The notes under the pieces were generated by a model that was given only the letters and a program-made list of their open reading frames with translations, had not been told where the DNA came from and searched no databases. Below, piece by piece: positions 26,044-61,100 of a stretch of 64,000 nt of DNA (positions are counted from its first letter, which is position 1; every line of letters starts with the position of its first letter). The stretch comes from Macrostomum lignano (taxonomy: Eukaryota), in NCBI GenBank assembly GCA_002269645.1, contig NIVC01003515.1:1-64000 (forward strand). The letters run 5' to 3'. The position numbers and the translations under genes are program-made.

Positions 26044-26578
26044 CGGGGGGTCAGCAAACTCCGGGCCCGCGGTGGGCCACATGCTCAAGGTTTATGACTC
26101 TGCTCAGCTCTTTCTCTTATCTCCCTTCTCTTCTTCTCTCCCCTCCTTTGCCTCTTTTCTCTCCGCTCTCTCCTCTCTTCATAATAGCCCTGAGAAAGAA
26201 TATACAATATTCGAAACATCGGCCCCTTGCTTAAACATCTGCGTTACTGTGTCGGTGCTTTGGAGTTTGAGGACTCTTTAGCTCTCTCCCTTTCTTTCCC
26301 TCTCACTCTTTTCTTTCCCTCTCTCTCCTTTCTTTCCCTCTCTCTCCTTTCTTTCCCTCTCTCCTTCTCTCGCCCCCTCTCCCTCTTCCCTCTCTTCTTC
26401 TCTCCCTTCTGTCCTCTCTCCCCTCTCATCTCTGTCTCCTCTTCCCCCCTCTCTTCTCTCTCCCCTTTCTTCTCTCTCTCTTATCTTCTATTCCCTCTCC
26501 TTTCCTCTCTCATCTGGTCCACAGCCATGAGCTGGATTCTCAAGCTGCCCCAGAGATTAAAAGGTTTGCCAACCCCTG
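26044..26578. mobile_element. hAT-Charlie-type MITE with CT-rich interior
   Basis: Left end CGGGGGGTCAGCAAACT..GGCCCGCGG, right end GTTTGCCAACCCCTG; 8-bp flanks CTATAGAC (26036-26043) and CGATAGAC (26579-26586). Confidence 0.75.
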
Positions 26579-27505
26579 CGATAGACGAAAGTAGAAGCAT
26601 TGGTTGAATGTGCCTTTGTTGAAGATGAGGCTTTGATTTTTATTATTTTGCAGAGAAAAAAACGGGAGCCGCGAACAGTTCGCCCTACCTGGGAAAAAGC
26701 AGAAATTTCATTGCAACAGAGAAAAAAATTGTCAAACACGAGCAAGTGAAGCGTTTTAAAAAAATATAATAATAAACATTCCAACGCGTAGTTTCGGTTG
26801 TTCACAAAGATTTAAACGAGAGAACCACAGACGGACACAGAAAGCATGGGAGGCCCAGATAACAGAATAATAAACATTATAGTATAGTTGCGCAAATTAA
26901 ATAGCTTATAAAAAATCGATAGCCCATTTTTAATGAGGATGATTAAGCAATTCACTTCAGAGCCGCTCCCGGTGTGCACATGACAGCTTTAGGGCTTTAG
27001 AATTAGGTCACCTGCACAACACAAACCGGGCAAAAAGTGCCAACAGGCTTGCAGCGGCTGGCCAAAAGTGCACTCAACCGCTGTGGAGGAACTCCATAGG
27101 TCAAATAAATAATAATGAACTTCAATGATGTGGCTTTGTTGCAGAGAATTTCATTACAGTTATAAAACACAAATACAAGTGCTTAGCTGGAATCTTAATA
27201 TTGAATTGTACAAGCATAGCGAACTGTTATGACCGGCCCCTGTTACCATGGACTAACTTCTACTTAAACCGCGCGATAGTTGATAGACCGGCAAGTTGAT
27301 TAATTATGTATGAATAAATAGAACTGTATGCAATAGTAAAAACAAACAAAAGTGAAAGCGAGACAGAATGAAAACAACAACACTACGGAAGGGTGCGCGG
27401 TGTTACTATTAGTAGATATTGTAGAGTTTTTTTAATTATTAACAGACACACCGATATAGTGTTCTCAAAGTCGCACAGATGAAATCTTTACCCTTCAGAT
27501 TGAGC

Positions 27506-30500
27506 TCAGAACTTCAGCGGCTTAGCCTGCTCCCAGGTGAACTCGTCGCGCCCGAAGTGGCCATAGCAGGAGGTCTTCTGGTAGATTGGCTTGCGCAGCT
27601 CCAGGTCCCTGTTTAATGATTTGTTATTGTTTGTAAAACATGACACACACGAACGATAAAGCAAGACAGAACGCAGTATTATTGAAAATTTGATGGCAAA
27701 GATGGGGTCTAGTATGGGGTTTTAGTCTAGTGGTTAGAGAGTGGGACACGACTGAAAGGTCGGGGGTTCGATTCTAGACCCACTCGAAGCAATTTGTGTT
27801 CTTAATCAAGACACTAATTATTGCTTAATTATTGCTAACTTACCTGACAATGCAGCCAGGCCTTAGATCGAAGTTCTCCTCAACGATGCGCAGCAGTTCT
27901 TCATCTGATCGCTTGCCAGTGCCATAGGAGTTGAGATAGACAGCCAGCGGCTTGCTCACACCGATAGCGTAGCTCACCTGCACTAATACGCGACGGCACA
28001 GGCCAGATTTCACCAGGGACTTGGCTACCCATCGGGCGGCATAGGCGGCAGATCTGTCCACTTTGCTGAAATCTTTGCCAGAGAATGCGCCGCCACCGTG
28101 GGCGCCCCAGCCGCCGTAGGTGTCAACGATGATTTTTCGGCCAGTCAGGCCGGCGTCCGACTGCGGGCCGCCAATAACGAAGCGGCCAGACGGGTTCAGG
28201 TGATAAATAGTATTCTCATCTAGCATGTCGCTGGGGCAGACGGCTTTAACAACGTGGTCCATGACGTCTTTGCGCAGCTGCTCCTGGGTGACGCTCTCGT
28301 CGTGCTGAGTGCTAACAACAATGGTGTGAATGCGAAGCGGCACACAGGCGCCGTTCTCGTCTTTGTACTCCACTGTCACCTGCGAGCGATGGGAATGATT
28401 TTATGAGTCAAGTAGATAGGCTATATTGAAAATAAAAAAATCAGAATAGACAACATGCAATAAGACTAAGATTAAGAGATTAAGATGCGCAAACAACCAT
28501 GATAAATAATTTTAACTGTTTTTATCAGAGGCTGGAGCTGTGTACACCTTGGCACACTTCAAACCAAGGCCAAGGTGTACACACACCTTCACACCTTGGC
28601 ACACACCTTGGCACACTTCAAACCACATTGTCAGAATCGGTGAGAGGCATTACTGTCCATTCTTCCGCCGACTCACCTGAGCAGGGGATACGTATGCAGT
28701 CATACACACAGGCACACACTCACACAGGAGTGTACAGCGCGGCCCTGATTCCTGATTTATCGTTAGGAACGACTTTACTGTGCCTAAAGAGCAGCTGCAC
28801 GAGCAGACCCAAGCCGAGATTCCAATTCAGCCCCAAATTAATGTGGACGGCACTGGGAATCGAGCCTGGGCCGCTGGCACATCAGAGCGAGCGACGCGCT
28901 GGGAAACTGGGCTACGACCCCCCATCATTATCCCTGATATCAGTATCTTTCAATTAAGCCAGCCCCTAATCCTACCTGAGTCTTGGTGTCTGGCCTGAGC
29001 CAGGGCAGGGTGCCATCGCGCCTGCACTGGGCCAGCTGTGCATTGAGCTTGTGCGCTAGCACAATAGTCAGGGGCATGCACTCCACAGTTTCGTCAGTGG
29101 CATAGCCAAACATAAGGCCCTGGTCGCCAGCTCCAATGTCATCCTCAGATCGAGCCTCGTGAACTCCTTGGGCAATGTCAGGGCTCTGCTCCTCGAGTGC
29201 TACCAGCACATTGCAAGTCTTGTAGTCAAATCCCTTATTAGAGTCGTCATATCCAATGTCTTTGATGGTGCCGCGGATCACACGCTGATAGTCAACGACA
29301 GCTTTAGAAGTGATCTCGCCACCAACCAAAATCATGCCAGTCTTGGTGAAGCATTCGCAGGCCACTTTGGCATTGGGGTCCTGCTTCAGATGGGCATCGA
29401 GCACTGCATCGCTGACCTGGTCGCAGATCTTATCTAGAATTTAAAGCAGAGTAAAGTATTAAATAATAAATTTGTACAAGTAATGCATTGCTGAACCCAT
29501 TGGGTCTAAAAAGTAGAATAGACTATGCCACACTTTATGGAATAAATTTATCATTGTCTACTACGAGATAAATGATGTCTACTACGTCTACTAGATGTCT
29601 AGATACTAGATGATAGTAGATGTCTAGTAGATACTAGATGATAGATACTAGATGTCTACTACGATCTCATATAAGTAGAATAGAATCTTAATCTCACCTC
29701 ATCTAAAAAATCTTGACCTGGCCTAAGCTTTCTGTTTAATCAAATAATGGCATTGATCCAAGTTCTCCTCCATAGTCAAGATTATAGTATACATGTCCCA
29801 AATATATTTAAGACAAAAAACTTTCTGCCTTGATTCCTTCCCTGAGACTCAAAATCTGTCCTAATGCCCTGAAGTAGTCTTAATTTCTACCCTGAGCCTC
29901 AGGTCCATCTAATTCAATCATTTAATTGTTTTATTTAGATGGTTAGATCTACATGGCCATATTAGCCACTAAATAGGCAATATAGCTCAGCCTATAGTCT
30001 GGAAGGTGGCCTTTATACTGGAATTTTCTAGTATATTTTTGCTCTCACTGACAATCTTAGCATACACTTAGCATATAGAATTTTCAGGTTTAACATAAAG
30101 TGTACATAGTTGGCATATAAAAAATAGCCAAGTTCAAGGCTAATGTAATCATGTAATTAAATATCAACCAATGTTGAAAGCTCCTTAAAAATAATTGGAA
30201 ACTAAAATAGAAAATAATAAGCAATCATGAGAAAGTCAAAATAAAAAAGAATATTAGTTTTAAGCAAAAAAACTGCCATTTTAAAGCTTAGTAAAAGTTT
30301 TGAATTCCTAAAAATATATATTCTTAAAAAATGGCATATAGACAATTCTAGCCTTGGCATTAAATTTTTTTAATTTTGCATTGGCATTAAATTGAAAAAA
30401 AACATGAATTTCTTTTCCAGCATATGCCTGCCATGATCTAGACTATAGAGCTTAACTTTAGTATGCTAGTTAACCATTTTGCTGCTATCTATTACACTTT

Positions 30501-31076
30501 GTCCCTGACCTAGCTTTACTTGCCTTACTTTGCTCTGCCCCAGGGTAAATTTACCCTGAATTTTCAATGAAAAATAGCCATATTCTTGACTATGGGTTTT
30601 CTTATCTTAAACTTAAAGTTAATAAATTCCATTAAAATTGAAGAAAAAAATTGATATTGTCATTTTTAAACTAAACAGACTAACAAAATACTTTTTAGAT
30701 TCAAAAAAATTTAGCTGAAAATGTCAAGACAGAGGAATTAGTCTAGTAGTAGAAGGGTCTAGAAATAAATAAAATAAAAACCCATTAAAAGCCTTAGTGA
30801 TTAACTACTGTACATCAAGGACAGAGGTCAGTCAAACGTAGATAAAAAGAGACATAGCCTAGGCTTTGCCGCTTACAGGCTAATTTAAGAAATTTAGGAA
30901 ATATTCTAGAATACCATTATTTGACGGCTTGAAGTCAATAAATTGCAATAGGACTACAGATTAAATGGTATTCCATGCCTTGTTTCATTTTTAATTTATC
31001 AGAGCTTACCAGGATGTCCTTCGCCCACAGATTCGGATGTGAAAAGAAATGTTTTGAGACCTTCTCCGTTCGCCAT
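27506..31076 (-). CDS. MAT: S-adenosylmethionine synthetase (methionine adenosyltransferase), 387 aa, 4 exons
   Basis: Exons 31076-31010, 29433-28976, 28379-27844, 27608-27506 join in phase (1164 nt). Motifs [49 protein letters not shown]. Confidence 0.98.
27716..27825 (+). mobile_element. Truncated copy of SINE family A in MAT intron 3
   Basis: tagtggttagag...gactgaaaggtcgggggttcgattctagaccc matches 23996-24052. Confidence 0.8.
28796..28922 (-). mobile_element. tRNA-derived SINE family B in MAT intron 2
   Basis: Minus strand GGGGTCGTAGCCCAGT...GGCTCGATTCCCAGTG (A- and B-box-like); body shared with 10602-10700. Confidence 0.7.
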
Positions 31077-32425
31077 TGAAATTTAAATCAGGCTTTGGCA
31101 ATAATAAAATATAATAATAGATTATAGATAAAGCAGTACAAGCGAATTTCAATAACACTTCAATAATGACCTAAGTCACGTTGCGAGAGACAGCCCCATT
31201 CAAAATCAAGTCATTCAATTTTATACCTTTTCTTAATTCCATGTTGAGGGGAATCATGGTACACATCAAAGAAGAACTTTTGGAAAGCAATTTTGAATTG
31301 AAAAATTTAGTAAAGCATTTATTTTGACTTTTTAAGGTTTTTGTTAAGTTTATATCAATATTCTCAAAAATAATGCAAAGCCTTTGTTTTACCTATATTC
31401 AAAAATATGCACATGGCCTACACTCCGGAAAAGATTACAACTGGTTTAATCCTGTTTAAACCGGTTGAAATTTTAACCAACTACAAAATCGGAGAACTAG
31501 AGCATTCGATTTGACTTAGTCGGACTTTAGGAGCTTATATGCGTCAAAAAGTTGGCGTCAGCAGCATAGCAGCATCTGGTGGTGTTGTGTAGGTTTTTTA
31601 GCAATTGCTCATAAAGTCTACTTGCCAAATCAACTATAGTAAAACTAATATCATGCAGCCATGCTACATGTAAGGCGGCAAGATAATATGCATGAAAGTG
31701 TCAAATATCATTGTATTTATGACGCTCATTGAATATGTGCATGTGTAACCAAATTTCTCCTGGTTGCCCTATCTTACTGAAAACTTAAATATGTACAGCT
31801 ACATGGAAGTTTTAATACATGCATGTACGAAGTTAGAAAATACTTTCAATGTAAAGGTTATATATATACAAATACATAGATTAATGTGCATTTATCTATT
31901 AGTTTAGTGGATGATCTGCATTCTTTATTGCTCTGAGAGAATGAGAAATAAAGCTTTTTTCGATGAGACAAACAATGTACATATGTAATGTATAAAAATG
32001 TATAAAAATTGTTAATTGTGCTTTTAGCTTTCAATTTTCAAATTTAATCAGTACTTCGTGCCCGAGAGCAAAATAAACCATGTGCATCAATATTTTACTA
32101 TCAGTGGGATCGATCTCAAAAGAAAAATAAAATTTTAGGCAATAATATAGCTCGTAACTTTTGAGGCAACTCTATTCATAAGCCGCACGCATACATGTTT
32201 AATAAAAATTTCGACGAAAAAAAAATATAGGAAAGAAAAGAAATTACATTTATCAGTCTCATTCATCTGAACAGCAAAATAGAGTCTGCTTCTGTCTACT
32301 GCAATAGTTGGTTCGACATAATCAATTCTTTGTAAAAAAAATAATCGTTAAACATGTCAATCAGTAGTAAATGTCTCTTCTACATGCACGATCCGATCGC
32401 TGTGTCAGCTGCTTCAATCAAGATT

Positions 32426-55193
<22,768 letters not shown>

Positions 55194-55560
55194 CTCACAG
55201 CAGTTCTCCGAAGCCTCTGCTAACCAGACCTGTCTTTGAGTGAGCAGTGTGCTCAAAGTCTCAGGAGCCTGTGCCGGTCAGTCTTGCACTCTGTTAATAG
55301 AACCCGACCTCCCCTCGCACCCAGCTGCGCCGGAGCCCCCCCCCCCCTAGGTAAGAGAGCGATTGGCTGCCGCAGTGTGATAGCCGTCACCAAGCTGCCC
55401 TCAAACTCCCGTCTCCATCTGCCTTTCAATCTCAATTAAATATCATCCATCTCAAGAGAGAAAATGAGCTTCTTATAAAAAAACTTCTCCATCAACTTCA
55501 TTTCAATTTCTTTTCTTTGTTAAAGACGGTGATGAAGCCGGGCTTAGTTCGGCGTCTTTA

Positions 55561-55575
55561 GTAACTAGGGGCGAC
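55561..55575. promoter_or_regulatory. Candidate RFX X-box upstream of the EFCAB6-like gene
   Basis: GTAACT-AGG-GGCGAC resembles the X-box GTNRCY-N0-3-RGYAAC; ~370 bp upstream of the ATG; motif match only. Confidence 0.3.
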
Positions 55576-55962
55576 AGACCGGTCAACACCGGCCCAGCAC
55601 CCCGTCACCTGTTGCACTCTTCCTGTCTCTCCTGTCTTTCATCTTTCATGTGCCTCTCACCCCCTGTCCATTTCTCAGCTCATGTTGCGCACCGCTACGG
55701 TGCAAGAGGCGCTCGCTAAAAATGGCAAACTATTAAACTCGCTGCTCACACACAGACACACACGGAGGCTGATAGAAGCGCTGAGAACGCGCCGCTCTCG
55801 CGTCCTCCCGTTCTGCCACCGTACGAGCTACCGCAGCCATATTTGCTGACAAGCAGAGCAGGCAATGCAAACGAGCTATAGACTGGCAAACAGGTTGAAT
55901 GAAATTACAACCCGAAAGAAATTAAAGACACAGAAGTTTTACTTCTATTTGGTTGTGAGACA

Positions 55963-55996
<34 letters not shown>

Positions 55997-56707
55997 ATCT
56001 TTCGCCTTGCAGTTTCTATTCTCAAATATTTGCTACTTAACGACTCCAGCATGTCTGTTGCTCCAACAACATCGAGTGCTGGAATTTAATAACCCGAGCT
56101 GGTGTGCTCAACTTGAAAGCGGGCGCCCCGCTGAAACTGTGCAACCCGCTTGTAGAATTATTGAGAGAAAAAATTCAAAACTCAGAATTTCTTCGTAGTT
56201 GCGGGCCTTGCATTGGAGAACGGTTGTTTCAGAATGTTGCATGTAGAGAGTAGTTAAACTAAGTTTTATCTGAACAAGTTGGTATTTTCGAATTAGGTAA
56301 TTCATTACTTTGTTCGCCGAAGAGTGAAATCAATTTATAGTTCTCTTAGAAACCTTGTTTAAAAATAGATAATGCGATCTCAGTTGCATAACATCCTACT
56401 GAAAGTAGCGTGTCTGAATGTCAAATTAAAAAAATTATTTCGACAAATACGTCAAGATTATTTAAGTTGATTTCAAGGTCCAACGTTGCTTGAAAATTAA
56501 AAGAAAGGCCACAGAATGATTTTTATCAGTATTTTTCAAAATATGATTGGATCAGAGACTGAAAACAAGCAAAGTACATAGTGTTTTCTAAAAATAGAAT
56601 TTTTTAAGTGTGCAGAACCCAGTGGCGTAGCCAGGGGGAACCGCGTGGGCTGGGGTAGCAATAATTATTATGGAAATGACACGGGGCCGAGGAGCCAGAA
56701 AAAACTC

Positions 56708-57212
56708 TGGCGCCCCTGGTGCTGGCGCCCCTGGTGCTGGCGCCTCTGGTGCTGGCGCCCCTGGTGCTGGCGCCTCTGGTGCTGGCGCCCCTGGTGCTGG
56801 CGCCTCTGGTGCTGGCGCCCCTGGTGCTGGCGTCCCTGGTGCTGGCGTCCCTGGTGCTGGCGTCCCTGGTGCTGGCGTCCAAGGGCGAAAGCACCAGGCT
56901 AAAGCCCCTTGTGCTAAAGCCCCTTGTGCTAAAGCCCCTGGTGCTAAAGCCCCTTGTGCTAAAGCCCCTTGTGCTAAAGCCCCTGGTGCTAAAGCCCCTG
57001 GTGCTAAAACCCCTGGTGCTAAAGCCCCTGGTGCTAAAGCCCCTTGTGCTAAAGCCACTGGTGCTAAAGCCACTGGTGCTAAAGCCCCTGGTGCTAAAGC
57101 CCCTGGTGCTAAAGCCCCTGATGCTAAAGCCCCTGATGCTAAAGCCACTGGTGCTAAAGCCACTGGTGCTAAAGCCACTGGTGCTAAAGCCCCTTGTGCT
57201 AAAGTCCCTGTT
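56708..57212. repeat. Bipartite 15-bp minisatellite: (GCTGGCGCCCCTGGT)n then (GCTAAAGCCCCTGGT)n
   Basis: Directly visible; preceded by hAT-like terminus CAGTGGCGTAGCCAGGGGG at 56620. Confidence 0.95.
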
Positions 57213-58147
57213 GATAAAGCAATGAGAATAAAGCAACGGTTTTAAAAGATAAATTCGGAGGGTCTGGGTTGAGTTCTTGAATGGAAGGAAAGAGAGACGA
57301 TAGAAGTACAAGCGGAGCACTTTTGTGATTGTTTTTTATGACTGATTATGGTTCAATTGGGTTTAGCAGCGGAAAGTGCACATTTCAAAGTCCAATTCGT
57401 CAGCCAACTTGAAAATCTTCATTTCATTAAGTGGCAGAATTTGAAATGCGGGGGGGGGGTTCTGAGCACAACTGATGAAGCGTATTGTATCTCAAGTTGC
57501 TAGATGGACTTTTTCGTCAAACTTGGTTGGAGACTGAGGGGCTGAGCCGCTGATGCAGATCCTGACCAATCAGAGAGGCCCCCTCTGAGACTAGAAATTG
57601 CCCAAATTCACCGCACATCAGTGCTACACCAGAGTAGTGAGTCAGCTTCTAAGCCTCATCAACTTTCGATTCAGAGGTAAGTGTGAATCAAAGTTATTCC
57701 TAGTACATGCACCTGCTTATCAGTATCCTGCCCTAGAAATAGGAGCCAGGCGGAACTGCTCAGAGTCCCGGGTTCGAGTCCAAAATAACTAAATATTTCT
57801 TATCCAGGTGGAAGGACTTCCAAAGCGGAACAGTTCCAAGCTGATAGACAATATACAATAACTGTAGCTGCTTGGCCAGTTCCAAATTTCTGCCGAGCAG
57901 GCAAAACAGACTTTCTAAATGTAGACTGGGCTGTAAATGTTTTGCATTAGCTAATGATGAAAAAATGATGTATAAATTAGTCTGCTAGGGAATGCTTCAC
58001 AGGGCAGGCTGTGCCAGTGCAAACATATTCCGCCCAGAGAAAACTTCATCACTTTTTTTCACACCTTCCCCAGGTCAGCCCCCCCCCCCGGCTAAAGATT
58101 GCAGAGTCAGGAAACGCAAGACAAACTGTGGGAAAAAACCTTGGAGG

Positions 58148-61100
58148 ATGCCCAATCGGCCTGCTCTTCTCCCCGCGGCAGTGTCAGGCAGCTGTCTTCT
58201 GCTGCCACTGCTGCTACTGCTGCTGCAAGGTAAAGCAGAAAAACTCCGATGAAAGCTAATGGTCGTGAAATAACTCATGGCAGATGTCATCGTGTTCACT
58301 CTGTGAATTAATAACTATATGCATGTTGGCGTGCATTGCATAGCTATTTGCAGAGTACGAATTTTGGCTTTAATTACGATCTGTCTTCATTTTTCAGTTT
58401 TTTAAAAGACTTTTTACCAATCTCTCAACGAATATATTGTAAAAAGAAAACTTTTATCTCAACGTGACACCCACCCCAGATTTCTCTGCCCCCACTGCAA
58501 CACCCACCCCAGATTTCTCTACCCCACTGCAACACCCACCCCAGATTTCTCTACCCCACTGCAACACCCACCCCAGATTTCTCTACCCCACTGCAACACC
58601 CACCCCAGATTTCTCTACCCCACTGCAACACCCACCCCAGATTTCTCTACCCCACTGCAACACCCACCCCAGATTTCTCTACCCCACTGCAACACCCACC
58701 CCAGATTTCTCTACCCCACTGCAACACCCACCCCAGATTTCTCTATTCCAGTGCAACACCCACCCAGATTTCTCTGCCCCAGTGCAACACCCACCCCAGA
58801 TTTCTCTGCTCCAATGTGACGCCCACCCCAAATTTTAACTGGGAAACCAAATTTCAATTCAAAACTGTACAGCGCCAAGCACAGTCTCGGGCTATCGCGA
58901 GGCCAGCCGCCTGTACAAAATGCTAATGAATGAAACCGAATACAATCGGCTGATTCGGCCAGTGAACTACAGCTCAAAAACTCTCACAGTCTATCTCGGA
59001 TTGAAACTCGCCCAACTCATCGATGTGGTAAGTTGCCAATAATTAAGATAAAAATATGCATCGACAACTGAGGTAAGAAAGGCGCTAGGAGAACGCTCGG
59101 ATTTTCTAAGAAATGCACTGGAGACTACAGTGTATGATTTTGCCTCTCGAGAAATAGGATTTTTCTATGGCAAAACCCATTCAGCGCTGGCCTCCGGCTC
59201 ATTTCGAAGAAAATTGTGTTCAGTGTCCTTGTACTGTAACTGTCCATGTTTACGTCGTATACCAGATAGTACAATTCGAAAGCCGAATCTCAGCCAACTC
59301 CCCCCTCTCTACTGGCTCAAATCTACTTTGCTTGTCCCTAAAAAATTTGATACAAAAAACTTGGAGATGCTCGCCAGAATCGAATCGAATGAGTTGGCTT
59401 CCCACCGGCTCACTCGGTTATTCGACCAGCATTTTTAGAGACGAAAAAGTTGCCTAACAAGAAGAGGTAGCCAGACAAAGTGGTCCGTCTCTCTCTCTCT
59501 CTCTCTTTCTCTCCCTTCGCCCAGTGCAAGCAGCAGCCCGAGGACAGCTCCTGAGATCCCAAATTCATTTCTCCCCCCCCCCACCAGTTTAATCGCCTTC
59601 CAGCCTTGCTGACCCCAGCATCCCCTGTTTCAACGGCCGCTGACAGAACATCGAGTTCGAATCTCGCCTCTATCTCTCTCTCTCTCTCTCCAGCTTCCTT
59701 CGCTAAGTGGCCTGCTGGGATAGAAATCAATATATTGAGGAGCTGGGGGGGGGGGGGGCAGGGCCGAGAACTCAAGTGGGTCAGGTCAGAGACTTATTTT
59801 GTAAGGTGGCAACCCGCACAGTCTGTGTTTCTCTTCTCGTCACAACAAAGTTAGTCATGTGTGAAGGAAAGCTTTTTCTGTAGCGTTTTTACTCACGCAA
59901 TAATCGATTTGTATGGGTGGGATATTGGATAGATTTTTTTCGCTGGTAAATTGGGATCCAAGAACTAACCTATTTATCCAGCTGGACAGTCTATTTAGGG
60001 ACTTGTGCTTTTCAATGGGGCTGGGCTTGCTAAAAAACTTGCTGTAATCTAGTTAATCCATTTCTTACTTATTGTTAAAAGTTTAATAATATGATGTAGA
60101 TAAACAGCGAGACTGACCTTATAGTGAGATTAGATAACTAGTGAGACTAGGTAACTAGTGAAACTAGATAACTAGTGAGATTAGATAACTAGTGAGATTA
60201 GATAACTAGTGAGATTAGAGAACTAGTGAGATTAGATAACTAGTGAGATTAGATAACTAGTGAGATTAGATAACTAGTGAGATTAGATAACTAGTGAGAT
60301 TAGATAACTAGTGAGATTAGATAACTAGTGAGATTAGATAACTAGTGAGATTAGAGAACTAGCGAGATTAGAGAACTAGCGAGATTAGAGAACTAGCGAG
60401 ATTAGATAACTGGCGAGATTAGAGAACTAGCGAGATTAGATAACTAGTGAGATTAGATAACTACTAGTGAGACTAGGTAACTAATGAGATTCGATAACTT
60501 CTGAGAATATAAACCTTGTGAGATTAGATAACTAGCGAGATTAGATAACTAGTGAAACTAGATAACTAGTGAGATTAGATAACTAGTGAGATTAGATAAC
60601 TAGTGAGATTAGATAACTAGTGAGATTAGATAACTAGTGAGATTAGATAACTAGTGAGATTAGATAACTAGTGAGATTAGATAACTAGTGAGATTAGATA
60701 ACTAGTGAGATTAGATAACTAGTGAGATTAGATAACTAGTGAGATTAGATAACTAGTGAGATTAGATAACTAGTGAGATTAGATAACTAGTGAGATTAGA
60801 TAACTAGTGAGATTAGATAACTAGTGAGATTAGATAACTAGTGAGATTAGAGAACTAGCGAGATTAGAGAACTAGCGAGATTAGAGAACTAGCGAGATTT
60901 GATAACTGGCGAGATTAGAGAACTAGCGAGATTAGATAACTAGTGAGATTAGATAACTACTAGTGAGACTAGGTAACTAATGAGATTCGATAACTTCTGA
61001 GAATATAAACCTTGTGAGATTAGATAACTAGCGAGATTAGATAACTAGCAAGATAAGATAACTTAGTGAAATAGATAACTATTGAGATTAGATAACTATT

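Noticed and set aside
26600-31076. METTL16-type UACAGARAA regulatory motif in the MAT 3' UTR or at a 3' splice site, as in mammalian MAT2A and nematode sams genes
   Set aside because: No TACAGA found on the sense strand by eye; acceptors are TCTAG, CGCAG and AACAG.
57540-57562. Right TIR and TSD for the hAT-like terminus at 56620
   Set aside because: Only 10/13 match, and the putative TSD is offset by 2 bp.
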